Shown here: positions 1 through 13,683 of the stretch, in pieces
Position numbering within the stretch: position 1 is the stretch's first letter
Layout: the number at the start of each line of letters is the position of its first letter
Assembly: GCF_004010195.1 (NCBI RefSeq)
Contig: NC_057718.1
Coordinates: 83,434,503 to 83,498,502 of the forward strand
DNA from: Chiloscyllium plagiosum
Lineage: Eukaryota
DNA: 64,000 bases
Direction of reading: 5' to 3'
Notes under the pieces: model-generated
What the model saw: only the letters and a program-made list of their open reading frames with translations
Databases searched by the model: none
What the model was told of the DNA's origin: nothing
Made by a program: the position numbers and the translations under genes

Positions 1-1720
1 GGCAGTTGCCCCAAGCTTCAGCACGTCCCTCAACACAGTCCTGGATCTTGGAATGTGCCAGTCCACAACACTCAGTCGGGGTCAGCTCCTTCAGCTGGAA
101 GATCAACAGGTTTCAGACAGACCAAAGAGCTTCTTTCACCGAGTTGATGATCGTCTCGGTGTGTGTCCTGGAGAACAGACCGTGAGTCCCGCGTCACGGA
201 GCTGCTTGGGACGAACCTCGACAAACACTCGTCTCCAGACTTCCTTTGCATAGGCACATTTCAGAAGGAGGTGTGAGACAGTCTCGTCCCCTCCGCAGCC
301 ACTTCGAGGGCAGCATGCGGTGCGGCAGAGAGTCCGGCGTGCGTAAAGGATCTCACAGGCAGAGCCCTTCTCACCACCACCATGTCTTGGTGCGTGTTGG
401 AAAGTTCTGGTGATGAGGCATTCTGCCAAATGACTGACAGTCTGCTCAGGGAACTGCTCGACAGGATCTGCTCTTTCCTTTTCCCAAAGGGTCTCAAGGA
501 CACTGTGCTGACCACTTCCTGATGGACCTGTGGTCAAAGGTGTTTTTCTTCATAAACTTCTCTATGAAGGACAGGTGATACGGAACGGTCCAACTACTTG
601 GAGCCTTCAGTGACAGCGAGGCCAGGCCCATCCTTCACAACACCGGGGACAGGAACCTCAGTACATAGTGACATTTTGTGTTTGCGTACTGGGGATCAAT
701 GCACAGCTCGCTGCAGCCACAAACAAAGGTAGCTATCAGGGTGAGGAAGGCATTTGGCGTGTTTTTCCCCCCGTTGCCCAGAGCTTTGTACATCGAGTCC
801 CTTCGGACCCTGGCCATCTTTCCTCTCTATACAAAATGGAAGATGGCCCAGGTGACTGCGACGGCACAGGTTCTGCGAATAGGCCAGACCTGTGCCACAT
901 ATAACAACACTGACAGTGCCTCACACCTGATGACCAGGTTTTTTCCCGCGATGGAGAGCGACCGTAGCTTCCATCTGCCCAGTTTCTGCCTCACCTTGCT
1001 GATACGCTCACCCAAGACTTGGCGCACGCCTCAGCCCCTCCGAACCAAATACGCAGCACCTTCAGGTGGTCGGTCCTGATGGTGAAGGGGAGCGAGGATT
1101 GGTCGGCCCAGTTCCCGGAGAGCATGGCCTCGCTCTTGCCTCAGTTTACCTTGGCCCCCGAGGCCCGTTCGAACTGGTCACCAATGCACAAGAGTCTGTG
1201 CATGGACAGCGGATCAAAGCAGAAAATGGCGACGTCATCCATGTACAGGGAGGCATTAACCTACAGGCCCTCCGCTGCCAGGAATAGTCACCCCTCTCAG
1301 GCTCGCATCCTTCCTGATGGACTCGGCAAATGGCTCTATGCAGCACACAAACAAGACAGGAGACAGAGGGCAGCCCTGCCTGACTCCAGATCTGACTGGG
1401 AAGCTATCTGATTCCCACCCATTGATTGAGACTGCACTGACAATGTTGGTGTAGAGCAGTCTGATCCAATTACAGATTCCCTCCCCAAAGCCCATTTTGG
1501 AGATAATATCTCTCATATACATATGTGATATCCTGTCAAAGGCTTTCTCCTGGTCCAGGCTGATGAGGCAGGTGTCCAACCCCCTGTCCTGCACGTAGAC
1601 AATTGTATCCCTGAGGAGTGAGAGACTCTCAGCGATCTTCCTGCCCAGTACAGCACAGGTTTGGTCAGGGTGAATCACCAATCCCAGAGCAGACCTGACC
1701 CGGTTGGCGATGACCTTTGC
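1..1720 (-). mobile_element. Tx1-clade (L1-like) non-LTR retrotransposon, 5'-truncated, frameshifted ORF2
   Basis: ORF 1256-1681 has RT motifs (IHPDQTC, SLDQEKAFDR, GVRQGCPLSP). LYMDDV lies near 1230-1250 and a C-terminal cysteine-rich motif CPRSGCGGDETVSHLLLKC near 260-315. Confidence 0.88.
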
Positions 1721-1744
1721 ACCGGAAGGGCCACTAACTCTGGT

Positions 1745-1920
1745 GCAAGCTGTTCTTTGGTCTGCCCAAAATTTGCTGGTCTTAAATTAAAGTAGTAACT
1801 CTTGAGTCAGTGTTGCAGATTGACACATCCCATGGTCCAGTATTATGTGCTGAGGGATGTACTAAAGTTCCAAGCAAATGCCCAAGTGGTGAAGTGTCAC
1901 TAACTAAGATCTTTCAGCCA
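1745..1920 (+). mobile_element. Diverged Tx1 ORF2 3'-end fragment in opposite orientation
   Basis: ctttggtctgcccaaaatttgctggtctt and tatgtgctgagggatgtactaaagtt match the reverse complement of positions ~10-130. Confidence 0.6.
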
Positions 1921-3116
1921 TAGTACACTGAGCAGATGTAAGTTATAGAACACCAGCCACCATTGTATTAAGCAAAATATTTCTTTTATTTTAACAAATG
2001 TTAAGCATATTTTTAGAAAATAATAGCCAAATTTTAAAAACTTTTGGTTCATGATACTCCAAGCTTTAATACATTTCATTCAAAATTGGAATTTATTCAA
2101 ATATCAACAACTTTGTCAATAGTTCATTGATTAACATTGACATAATCAGTAGCACATACACTGCTTTATTTACCATGATAAATCTTCTGGGAAAAAACTG
2201 CATCTTAAAATGTATTAAACTACATATACTGCAGGCATCAACATTGAGCCCCCCACAGCTGTTACCCCCGTAAGGAACAGTGCAGCTCAGTCACAGGGTA
2301 ATGTAACATAATCTAGTATATACTAACATATAAACAAATCAAATTAACTCAGCTGTTTTGACATCACCAAAATCCAACGTTTCTAGTCACGTCATATAAA
2401 TGACAAGTGCTCATAGAATTTTATCACCTATGAACACAAATATTGCAGTTTAACGAGCATTTAATAGTTACTGCTAAAATTGGGCTACTGTATTTATTCT
2501 TTCAAGGGATGGCATCTGTCGTCCACCTCTAATTCCAGTTGAAATTGATTGGCTTGATCCATCATTTCAAATAACAGTTGAAGGTCAACTACTTTGTTAC
2601 GAATCTGGACTGAACACAGGATGACATATTTGTTCCCTGCAGGACATCATTTTGCAACAATGATAACTTTAAGGTCACTATTACCTGTGGTTTTGATTCC
2701 ATTTTTTAAAAAACATGGAATTTAAATTCCATCAGCTGCTATGGTGAGATCTGAAACCATATTGTACTCATATCCTGACAGCGCCAGCCTAGGCCAGTGG
2801 ATTACCAAAATCAGTGACATCTCCATGACTTCACTATCATTGTTAAAAATAGGGTTAAATAACAATGTGCTAATCATATTATTGGAAAACCACAAAACAA
2901 AGTCTGCACTGATGCAAGTTATATCTTTATTTCAGTAATACCTTTACATTTTACAATCAATCAATCAGGATGCTCACCAACTTTATTTCACAACTAATAT
3001 CATTTCCAGATGTCTTGCAAAACCAATATTTAAGTTATAAAAAATATTTTGTCAGTGCAAATGGGGACCAGTCTTTAAGTGGTAAAACAGCAACAAGGAC
3101 TTGACTTGGCTCTTAC

Positions 3117-3248
3117 CTCATTGGATGCAAGTCGAACATTGGAGGCTGAAGTTCAGCTAGCTCAATACCAGTTATGCCAACTGCCCAGATGTCACATAAT
3201 TGGTTATAACCCCCTTTCCTCTCCACAGCTGCGACCTCTGGGGCCATC
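3117..3248 (-). CDS. MAP4K3: MAP4K3 exon 9 (132 nt), [43 protein letters not shown]
   Basis: ttccctag|GATGGCC...CAATGAG|gtaaga; STE20 signature GTPYWMAPEV formed across the exon 8/9 junction. Confidence 0.96.
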
Positions 3249-6220
3249 CTAGGGAACAAAGTTCATAATTTACACAGATCTGTTGCTTTTAAATTTTCAT
3301 GCAAGATGAATAAAAGCAAAATATTTTCATGATTATTTCTAATCTCACATTTCATTAAATATTTGCAAATGCCTCAAACTTTCCTTCCATTATAAACTCT
3401 ATAGTGATGTACTGTAATTTTGTTAACAAGTAAGTAGTTCACAACAAAAAACATCTCCATTAGGGTTGGTTAATGAGGTGACAGTATTTGCAATGAAATG
3501 TGTCACTCATTCAATAAGCGCTGATGGAGTAGTCAACGAATCACCACCTTAGAGACCACATGGTTTTGCACAACCATGCCAAGTCTTCTAATGCACACAG
3601 CCTCCAAAATAGAAATCAAATGTTCATGGCTTTGCTAGCTATGTAACAGGAAGACACAGTGCAAATCAAGGTGAAACGCAGCAGTGGCAATAACTGCCGT
3701 GTTTCTTGATAAACATCATAAAGTGCATTTCGATACTAAGTATCTTCAAGAGTATTTTCCAACAGGAAAAATAAATCAGTAGAATATGAGAAAGTTATAT
3801 ACATAGCATCTAAAAAAACCTTAAAAGAATTATTTCTTTGAAGGACATTGTGATGAAACTAAAAGTTAACATGTGCATGTATTTTGGTGTAATTTGCTGA
3901 GAGTTGAAGTTGACAACTAATAGAAGGGGAAAGCTACAATATAAACAATTCTAAACAAGATGAAGTTACTCAAAGTTCCTGGGAAATTACCCATTGGATT
4001 TAGGATGAGAATATTCCAGATTGATTCAATTAGTGCTGACAAGTCATTTGAGATAGAAGTGTGTATCAAGCTCCAAACTGCCTTTTGATCCGTAACATTT
4101 AAGGTTCCTGTTGGGAATCTGACTTGCCCATTCTAATACTAATAGGGCATTTCTCCAATAACAATTGGAGCCACAAATCATAACAGCATCCATACTGGGC
4201 ATATTCCTGACATAAGGAACTCAGAAAATATTAAATAACAAGTACCTGCTACGCAGAGAATTCAGCAATCCTTGAATGATAACATTCTTCAAAAACATAG
4301 CAACTTGTTTACTGCTTTGGAACAATGAAATCTTTTTGCCTCACATGACCTCATACTCCAACAAAGGACCAGGAGCTGAAGAGATCTTCTGTCGTTGATC
4401 AATATAAACTGGCTCCTACCCATAAAATAAATTAACTCTCAATACCTCAGCAGTTAGCAAAGTATGTTTGATACTATCATGTAATGAATAATGAAGATCT
4501 TACAAGGTAGGGTAGTTTTTCTTTGTTGTTCAATTATCTTGCTAACATTGCAGAAACTATGTGACTTTCAAAAGATCCAGTACCAGCTGCATCTCTGCTC
4601 GTAACACAATGTGCCAAAAATACTTACCAATATTGGCCAACTGTAAATAGTAGTGAGAGGGTTATCACATGTTTGATACTTAACTAAGCAACTAATGACT
4701 CCACTAATTCCACTACCAACCTAGCTACGTCACAAAATCATTCAACATAATTGTTTTATGACAAACTAAACAGCAAGACAAGTTCCAAGTATCGTAAACC
4801 AAAAAAAAATCAAAACATTAAAACCCTCAATCTTACCTGAATGATGAGCTAGTACATGGGTAGGGGACAATTGCCTTATCAAATAAAATACAATAATCTT
4901 ACAGAAGAACTGGAGTTTATTTTGAAATTATCTGTCCTTGTGGCCCATGGACAAGTATGAATGATAGTTAATTGTGCACAAACAGCTGGTTTTCAGATTT
5001 AGCTCTATTACAATGCAGATATTATAGAATATGCGTGCAAGTTACACATTCTAAAAGGAGATCCAGTAGCACAAACTTTTAATAATTGACACTATAAATA
5101 TTGCTCAATTTCAGAAATCAAAAGAAGAAATGACCCAGATTACAATATCTAATTACCAAAGTCTGTTCAAAATATTCTGCCCAAGAGCAAGCTCTTTCCT
5201 CTTCCCCTCCCTGCTGCAGTCAGATTAAGGTTTGCTGAATTAAGGTTTGTTCCTATTATTAACAAGAAGTTTGGCAATCTGTAATAACTGGTGAAATTCA
5301 TTAAGTTCAAATGTGCCTTCTACAACAACTTATGAATTGGGGAAAAGAAATGGAAAAAAAAATGGAAAAATGCAGCTCCAAGAAAAGTCCAGACCATCGC
5401 ACCTCCAAGTACCAAAGGATAATCCATGTTAACTCTGAAAAAAGACTAAATTCTAGCAAATGCAACTAGTCTCTAGTCACCATTACTTTGATTCCATGAT
5501 TTTGCACAGATCACTTCTAAGAAACTCAACAGTATCTTGACAAACAGCAATTTAGACTTTGTGGAGGACATTATACAACTCAGGGAACAGGCATTTAGAA
5601 AAGGAAGGCCAGTCTGCTTGGTCAGTTAGATATAAAACATCCTTTGACAGTCTCCACAGAAGAGTAAGACAATCCTCCCAGTGTGTTGATCAATATCTCA
5701 AGCAGATTAGTCAATGTCTTATGCCTTTTTATAGGATTCTGGTGTCCATAAAATTAGCAGTTACGTTGCCTGCAAAGTAATTCACTGGTTGTGAAGCACT
5801 TTGAAAGGTACTATGTAAATGAAATTCTCTTTACATATCAGCTTATTCTGATGTCTTCTGAGCAGAAAGCTTATTGGTTTCCTTGGATGTGCAGGTAACC
5901 AGACAGAATGTGGGCAAATACTTTCTGAATACGGGAGAATGACTTTGATACCACAGTTTAAATTAGCGCATGCCTCAATCGTGCAGAAAGAATAAGGAAC
6001 AAAAATTGGTTCAATTTTAAAATGCATTCACTATTATAAAAATATATACACAGACTTCAAATTACCCTGGAAGATATATTGAAGTCTATGCATTGTTTCA
6101 GTGTTCATTGTTGTGTACTTTAATAATACCAAGTTCATCTTATTAGCTACAGTATCAAATAACTTTATCTTCATGAATAAAGATACAAAGAGTATTATGG
6201 AAGAAAAGAACAAATCTTAC

Positions 6221-6293
6221 CAATATGGAGTGCCAATAAATGACTTCCTTTTTGCGATAGTTGCAGTAATCTGTGCAGACACTCCAAAATCAG
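6221..6293 (-). CDS. MAP4K3: MAP4K3 exon 8 (73 nt), [24 protein letters not shown](W) (DFG and activation loop)
   Basis: attgcag|CTGATTTT...CATATTG|gtaaga. Confidence 0.96.
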
Positions 6294-6549
6294 CTGCAAT
6301 GTGAATAATAGGCTAGTAGTGATATTAACGAAATGTAACAATTTTATGAAAAGCAAATGATCTCTAAAGTATTTTTAGATTATAGATCCTTCAGTCTTCC
6401 CTTCTGAGTGATACTTTGGAGCTGTACCTCTAGCATAATGCTAAACTCATTACAGCAACCAACGTGATTTCAGATTATGGTCTGCTGTGCGTGATAAGTC
6501 ACTTGGCGTCTAGTTGTTAGTATTCTTGCCACAAGTCAATGCATATTCC

Positions 6550-6950
6550 TGCATTCCACTCCAGGATTTATGCACAAAGATCAAGGTCAGTAGTCCAGGG
6601 CATTACTGAAGGAATGCTGCACTGCTGATAGAGCTATATTTTGAATAAACTGTTAAGCTAAGGCCCTGCCTGCTCTCTCTGGTAGTTGTGAAAAATCCAA
6701 CAGCACTATTCCAAAGAAAAGCAGGGAAGTAATCCCCAGTGTACTGGCCAATATTTATTTATCCCTCAATCAAATCTCAAAAATAAATCTCATTATTAAC
6801 TCACTGTTTTTGGTATCTTCCCATACACCAATTTATTCCCATATTTCCTATATTTCAAGTGACCTCACCAAACAAAATTCATTGGCCATAAGCATTTTGA
6901 GATAGCCAGTGGGTGATAAAAGGTGCCACATAAATGTATATCTTTTTTCC
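6550..6950 (+). mobile_element. Deu-domain SINE (SacSINE1/AmnSINE-like), decayed
   Basis: aggccctgcctgctctct...cagcactattccaaagaaaagcaggg...ctggccaatatttatttatccctcaa resembles the recalled Deu central domain. Confidence 0.7.
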
Positions 6951-8006
6951 TTTTTAGTATGCCAACTATTGTGGATTGGCAATATTTTAAAACTATACAA
7001 GACAAGCAATGCAGTTTAACGCTTAACTACGTTCTGAAATAGCCAAGCAAATCATCCCACCCAGTAGCAATTAGGGACGAACAAAAAATGTTGGCGTAGC
7101 TCATGCCATCACATCCCACTAAAATATTTTTTTTTAATTGTTATATGACCCCCACATCGATGACTGAGAAGTTTTGGGTCACTAAGAACTATTCATAGAA
7201 ATTATGATTGATGACCGTCAGAATAATCCTTGAACCTAAATATCTGGAGTATAATAAAACTAAACAATTCAAGCATCCTTATTTATATAATAATCAGCAG
7301 TATGTTTTACTCAACAACTCCTTTAGCAGTCTCCATATGAAATCTCATGAAAATCAACTGATTATAAATTTAAAATCAAAAGTGGATGCATCTTGGGAGC
7401 AGTTCATGTTTAAAAATAATAAATATCACTATTCACAAAAGAATCCAATTAATTTTCCATCTTATATTTGCAAGAATTCCTGCAAATCCACATTCAGCAC
7501 TGTCATTAAAAAAAACATTTAATTTGTTGTGGATTAACATTTGTAGAAGTGAAGGTCAAATTCCACCTTGCATAGTAACAGTCAATGAGCCATCTTTCAT
7601 TACTTTCTGTATTTCTGGGACAATAGCTACTTTTCTTTCCTAATTTGAATTAATCCAGTCTTTCTTTCAAACCCTGATGCTGACTTTTATTCCAAGACCC
7701 CTTTTGTAATCTGCTCCACAATAAAATAAAACTTTATTGAATTGCTTGATATACAGCGTAGATGTAACTGGTCAAATGGTCTCCTTTTGTACCATCAATG
7801 CCTATGATTTTATGATTAATATTTTCCATTCCCTCTCAACACCTCCAGGTTCAACTTGTGATCTCATTTTCAGATCCTTGCCTAACAGAACCAACTTCCC
7901 CAGATCTGTGAAAACAATTAAGAGCTCAATTTGATTTGTGCTGAAGAATTCCAATTATCCAATAAGAAAGTTATCAATTCTAAAGGAAAGTAAAATATAT
8001 GCTTAC

Positions 8007-8049
8007 CTAATTTCACATGGCCATTATCTGTCAGAAGGATATTTGCTCC
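8007..8049 (-). CDS. MAP4K3: MAP4K3 exon 7 (43 nt), GANILLTDNGHVKL
   Basis: cttaaag|GGAGCA...AAATTAG|gtaagc. Confidence 0.95.
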
Positions 8050-8417
8050 CTTTAAGTAATGAAAAAGTCCATATTACAAATCAACAGATTTGAATACTTT
8101 TCTTATAGATCTAACTAATTTTATTTATTTTTGTTATAATCTAAGCTGAATAGACTTCAAAACTGGAGGCAGATAGTGTTAAGGTTGACAACGCACTATT
8201 TCAGGCACATCAAATGTTTTCTTCATGGCCACCATCTCCCCAATCTCTTCATTGACTGCTTTCCACAACATATTGCTTTTTTAAATATTTCAGCTGAGGA
8301 AAGCAAAACAATTTTAACTAAGCAACAAAAGAACTGCAAATGGTGGAATTCTGAAACTGTCAGAAATATGTATGACAGCAATTGATAAAGAAAAAAGTAA
8401 CAATGCATTGTGATGAC

Positions 8418-8704
8418 CTGGGGGTTGCAGTGAGATCTTCGTAGAGAGAGGAGGAGAACTTCTTCAAGGCAAGCATTCTTGCAAGAGGTTTCGCAGTAAG
8501 GTTAAAATCAACTAGGCAAAAGTGAGGACTGCAGGTGCTGAAGATTAGAGTCAAGATTAAAGTTATGTTGGAAAAGCACAGCAGGTCAGGCAGCATCAGA
8601 AACATCAATTTTCCTGTTCCTCAGATGCTGCCTAACCTGCTGTGCTTTTCCAGCACCACTAATCTTGACTCATCTCCAGCATCTACGGTCCTCACATTCG
8701 CCTA
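8418..8704. mobile_element. Penelope-derived palindromic repeat (centre deleted)
   Basis: Inverted arms 8514-8607 and ~8620-8704 (agtgaggactgcaggtgctgaagat ... atctccagcatctacggtcctcac); same family as the copies at 41658, 54436 and 62925. Confidence 0.7.
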
Positions 8705-8809
8705 ACAGTAGTTTGTGGCTAGTTTTGGAGGAGGTTGAAGTACCTGACTTCAAGATCCTGAGGTGGTAGTAATAAACAGATTCTTCTTCAAATCATGTGT
8801 TTTTAAGCT

Positions 8810-9260
8810 AGATGACGTGGTATGCCTGGAGATGGTGCAGAGGAGATGTTGCCTGGGATGAAAAGTCTCAGTAATGAGGAGAAACTGGATAGACTAGGAT
8901 TGCTTTTCCTGGAGCAAAGGAGGCTGAGGGGGGAATCTAATTGAGGTGTACAAAATTATGAGAAGCATAGGCAGGATTCTTACAATCTACGCTTTCCCCA
9001 AACATGTCTAAGCCTAGATGGCATAAGTATAAGGTGAGGATTTGGACGGGATCTGAAGAAATATTTTTTAACCCACAAAGTGGCAGAAATTTGAAACACA
9101 CTGCCCGGAAAGGGTGGTAGAGGCAGATACTCTCACAACCTTGAAGCAGCATCTGGACAAGCACACAAATCTTCAGGCTATGAACCAAGGATTAGGATAA
9201 TTCAATGCTATTGGACTACTGTACATAGATATGGTGGGCCGAAGGACATGTTGCCACGCT
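8810..9260 (+). mobile_element. CR1 LINE 3' fragment, decayed
   Basis: ttttcctggagcaaaggaggctgagggggg...attgaggtgtacaaaattatgaga, typical CR1 ORF2 C-terminus. Confidence 0.75.
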
Positions 9261-11199
9261 GCATGACTACGACATTTCTGCAGATGATCGCACATGGCCT
9301 ACGTGAAAATTTGGCTCACAAGTAATGAATGTCAATTTATTAATGATTGACATCATCAATGAAGACTATCAGCCTGGTTTATCCTTCTAAATATGCAGCA
9401 TTTAAAACTCCAACAGTGGCAGTTTGGCAGTCATCACAAATCTCATCTGGTTTCCCCAAATCATTTTGGCATCTTCTTCTTCTTTGTGCATCTCAATATG
9501 TTCCATTCCTCTCCTTTAATGCACTTGTTCTCCAGCATCCACTCAAAAAGACCTTAAGGTTTTCCTACCTTGATATACTCAGTCCTCTTACATCAAGCAA
9601 CTTCTCACTCTGTCATTTAAACCTCCATCAAAAGTCACCTTGTCCTCATTCCATTTCATCACTATTCTCCTTTAAACACTCAAGACAAGAATGTTAACCA
9701 CTATAAGGGCCACCTTTCCATCTTGATATTTCACATGGTCTTAGTTTGCTCCCATCATCTGATCTATAGACCAAGCCTTCTCTGATAAATTTTTTGCATC
9801 CTTCTCACTTCATATTCACTTCCTGCCCCACTTTTTTCTACGTTCACGCCGAGAAAAAGAATACCAAATCATTGGCAACACTACTCCCAACTGTTTAATT
9901 TTTAGGTTTCTGTTCATCATAAAATTCCACAGTTCAATTACACATCTTACCTCCAACTACAACTGCTGTGTTTTCCACAAAAAAACAGAACTCTTTCTCA
10001 CCCTGAGTGCTCCCCTGGTTTAGCCCTCATCCTCACTCCAGCAAGTACAAGATGCATAAAGGGGAAAACATGCATTGCTGGACCACAAAACATTACCAGA
10101 TTGTGCTCTACCCAAACTGTTCATTTCATCACAGTAATCCCAAGATCCATTTTCCATGCTCAACAATCCCCTAGAAAAGTTTGTCCCTTTGCCCTTTCCT
10201 CTCCCAACTGGAAGAAGCTAAAGAATCTTTGCCCCTAAGGTTGAGTCTACTTATTAAGCCTTCTCTGCTGATTTGTAACTTCACCTCCACCTCAGCCCAA
10301 AATCTCTCTTTCCTCTCAGAACCCACTTCCCCTCCAAGCTCATTGTTTCCAAGACCCACTTTCTGCTCTTGACATTACCACCACTAAGATACTCACCATT
10401 CTACTAGTCTTCCTTGCCTCCATTTTGTTAACTGCTCCCTCTCATTGGCATTGTTCCTCCTCCCCTACCAAATTTGCTATCACATCTTCCTCCAACAATA
10501 AATCCTGACCTTTCTATATTTGGAAGGATTTGATGTTGACATCACTGGATTAGCAATCAGGAGGCCCAGCTAACTTTCAGTGGTTGTGATTTCATGTTCG
10601 ACAACAGCAGAAGATGGAACTAAAATGCAATTCATAAAATCCAATTAATTGTTGCAAAACCCATTTTGTTCAGTAATGTCCTGTAGGAAAACAAATTCAT
10701 GGTCATGTAATCAGATCAAAAGGGTGGTTGACTTTTTGCTTTGACCAGGTATTTTTGAATGCAGTTCTCAGTTAAAGAGTAATTAAAGACTGGCATCAGA
10801 CTCTGCCAGCAAGGCCCATAACTTTCCATGAAAGAATCAAAAAAGCCCTCATTTCAAACCTCGCCAAAGACATTCGAAGAGTTGTCACCACCCAAAACGA
10901 TCACTATATTTTTCCACATCTTTCAGTGGTCTGATAAATGGCTTCTGCTTCTAGAGGCCACTGCCAAACATGGCCCTCAGGAGTCTGGACAGTAACTTAA
11001 AAAATTTACAGGGAATGCTGACCATATTACCATGATTGTTTCATCCCTGCTAAAGCATTCAAGCAGCTCCATATAAAGTCACCTGGTGCACTATCCCTTC
11101 TCATCCTGCTTGATTTTTCAGCAGCTTTTCCCACAATTGGGTACAAGGAATAGCCATATTAAAGTTCTATATTACTTGTCAGAGAATCTCCTGCAATCG

Positions 11200-12390
11200 C
11201 TTATAAGACAGAGGGACAGCAGTAGGCCATTCAGCTTAGAGCCTTTTCTACCATTTAATGAGATTATTGCTAACCCTCAATTCAATTTTCCTGCCTTTGC
11301 CCCATAACCCTCAATTCACCTCCTGATGAAAAAAATCTATTGCAGCCCTGAATACTTAAGGAGCCAGCCTCAACAATCCTCTCTGGTAGAGAATTCCATA
11401 GAGTCACCACCCTTGGAAGAAATGTCTCCACATCCTTGTCTTAAATATACAACCCTTGTTCTGAGATCATGCCCTCCCACAAACAAGAACCAATCTTTCT
11501 GCTTTTACCCTGTCAAGTAGCGTATGAAACTTGTATGTTTTAATAAGGTCACCTCTCCTTCTTCTATATTTCAACAAGTACAGGCCCGTCCTACTCAACC
11601 TTTCCTTAGATTAGTCCCGCCAAACCTGGTATTTGCCTAGTGAACCTTCTCTGGACTACCTCCAGTGTCACTCTCTTTTTACTTAGATAAGGAGCTCAAA
11701 TGTATTCATGGAATTCCAGCCATAGTCTGACTCATGCCTGGTTAGCAAAACCTCCCTACTTTTATACCCCATTCCCCTTGAAATAAAGGCCAATATTCAA
11801 GTTACGTTCCTTATTACCTGCTCAACTTGGATGGATAGCTTTTGGTGATTCATGCATGAGGACTCCACAATCCTTTGTTCTGTAGATTTCTTAAGTCTTT
11901 CTTCAATAACATTTAACTCCTCTACTCTGCCTGCCAAAGTGATCTCCTCACCATTTCCCCATATTATATTCCATCTGCGAAGTTTTAACCAACTCGCTTA
12001 ACCTGTTTATACTCCACTGTGTCATCTTCACTACTTGCCTTACTACTTTTTTTTGTGTCATCAGCAAATCTGGCTATTACACATTCACGTGCCTCACACA
12101 AGTCACAAATATATTGTAAATAATGTTGGCCCCAGCACTGATCCCTGTGCACTCCACTAGTTACAGATCGTCATCCTGAAAATGCCCCCCTTTTCCCAGT
12201 TCTGTGCTTTTTATCAGTTAGCCAATCCACTATCCATGCTAATATACATCTCCAACATCCTTGGCTCTTACTTTATTAAGTAGCCTAATCTGTGGCACCT
12301 CATCAATGCCTTCTGAAAGTCCAAACATATGACATCTACTGCTTCCCCCTTTATCTATCCTACTTATTACCTCCTCAAAACAAATTCTGA
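11200..12390 (-). mobile_element. Old CR1 LINE 3' portion
   Basis: Decayed RT motifs on the minus strand (agtggagtgcacagggatcagtgctggg; ttcagaaggcattgatgaggtgcc). Confidence 0.75.
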
Positions 12391-13472
12391 CAAATCTGTC
12401 ACCGGAAACATGATCTCTAGAATATATTAAACAGCTATTCTTAGCGCCCACCTATTTATAATATACAACTGTTTCTCATCAGTATTATCTAAAACATATT
12501 AGGATCCAAACCCAACATCAGCATTCTCTCCCTCTCCTGACCCCTCTACTACCTCTTTATAATTAGACTGTTGTCCAGTACTACAGAAGCTCATTTTATT
12601 GCAGTCAAAGAATAGAACAACTGTCTTTCACCTTGTCACAAATTACAGTTCCTCTTTCTCTGTCTCTTGGGCCACTTTCTCAGGCCAAACTGAACTGTTG
12701 CACCTTACTAGTTCATTACAAATTCCTGCAGAATCTATTGCATTGTAAATTCTAAACAATTCTAGAACTGTATGCAATGTCTATTCTCAACCGTGCTCAG
12801 TAAGATTCAGGAATTTAAAAGGCTAATTTATGCAATTACAGTTGGCAATTACTGTTTGTTGAAACTACAGAATAGAGTTGCCCAACCAGAAACAAAGTCT
12901 GAGTGTGCTGCAAGATAGGAAATTGCTTGCAAACCATCAATTGATATGATAAAAGCCTGAAACACATTCAAAAAATATTGGGATTATTAGGATCTAACTC
13001 AACGTGTTATCAGCATATCCTCTGGTATCTTTCGCCCTTACTTGCTTACAAAGATTACACCTTTAATTGATCTATGCTCATCACTTTGATCATTACTTGT
13101 GACAATAGGTTCAAAATTCTCAGCAATCTTCATAAAAGGCTTCTGTCCTGAATTTACTGGATTTATTACTGACTTTCTCATATTTATGGTTCCTAGCAAT
13201 GAAGATCCTGTGTGGAAACAACTTTTCTACATTCAGACAACAAATCTCTTCATCATTTTAAATACCTCAATTCTGTCTTGCTGCAGCAGTCTCTTCTTTT
13301 CTAGAGGAGATGACCATGATAGTTTCACTTCTTTCATATGTGAACCACAAAACTTTTTTTAGAAAGCTTACATTCTCAGGTTAACTGTAATACTTGGTGT
13401 CAGCGCAGAGAAGATGTTGAGATGGTGAAACTATCATGGTCATTCTAATAGATGAGAGACTTAACAAACAAT

Positions 13473-13683
13473 CAAGGTATTTTTCAATGTATAATTTCAG
13501 TTACATCACACTGTAAACTTTTGCTATAATTCTGTGTCTTACAATTGTGCACTCCACAACCACCTGACGAAGGAGCGGCGCTCTGAAAGCTAGTGCTTCC
13601 AAATAAACCTGTTGGACTATAACCTGGTATTGTGTGATTTGTAACTTTGTCAATCCCAGTCCAACACCATCATCTCCAAATTA
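13473..13683 (+). mobile_element. Penelope-like terminal-repeat fragment with hammerhead core
   Basis: Contains CTGACGA-AGGAGCGGCGCTCT-GAAA-GCTA; the downstream sequence is shared with 36699-36782. Confidence 0.7.
13561..13596 (+). ncRNA. Minimal type I hammerhead ribozyme motif
   Basis: CAC-CUGACGA-A-GGAGC(GGC)GCUCU-GAAA-GCUA-GUG: conserved core, stem II, palindromic AGCU stem III, CAC/GUG stem I. Confidence 0.65.

Noticed and set aside
4837..4848. 12-nt microexon candidate tag|CTCATCATTCAG|gtaaga on minus
   Set aside because: Weak polypyrimidine tract, and inclusion would destroy the invariant Trp of GTPYWMAPE; consistent with chance.
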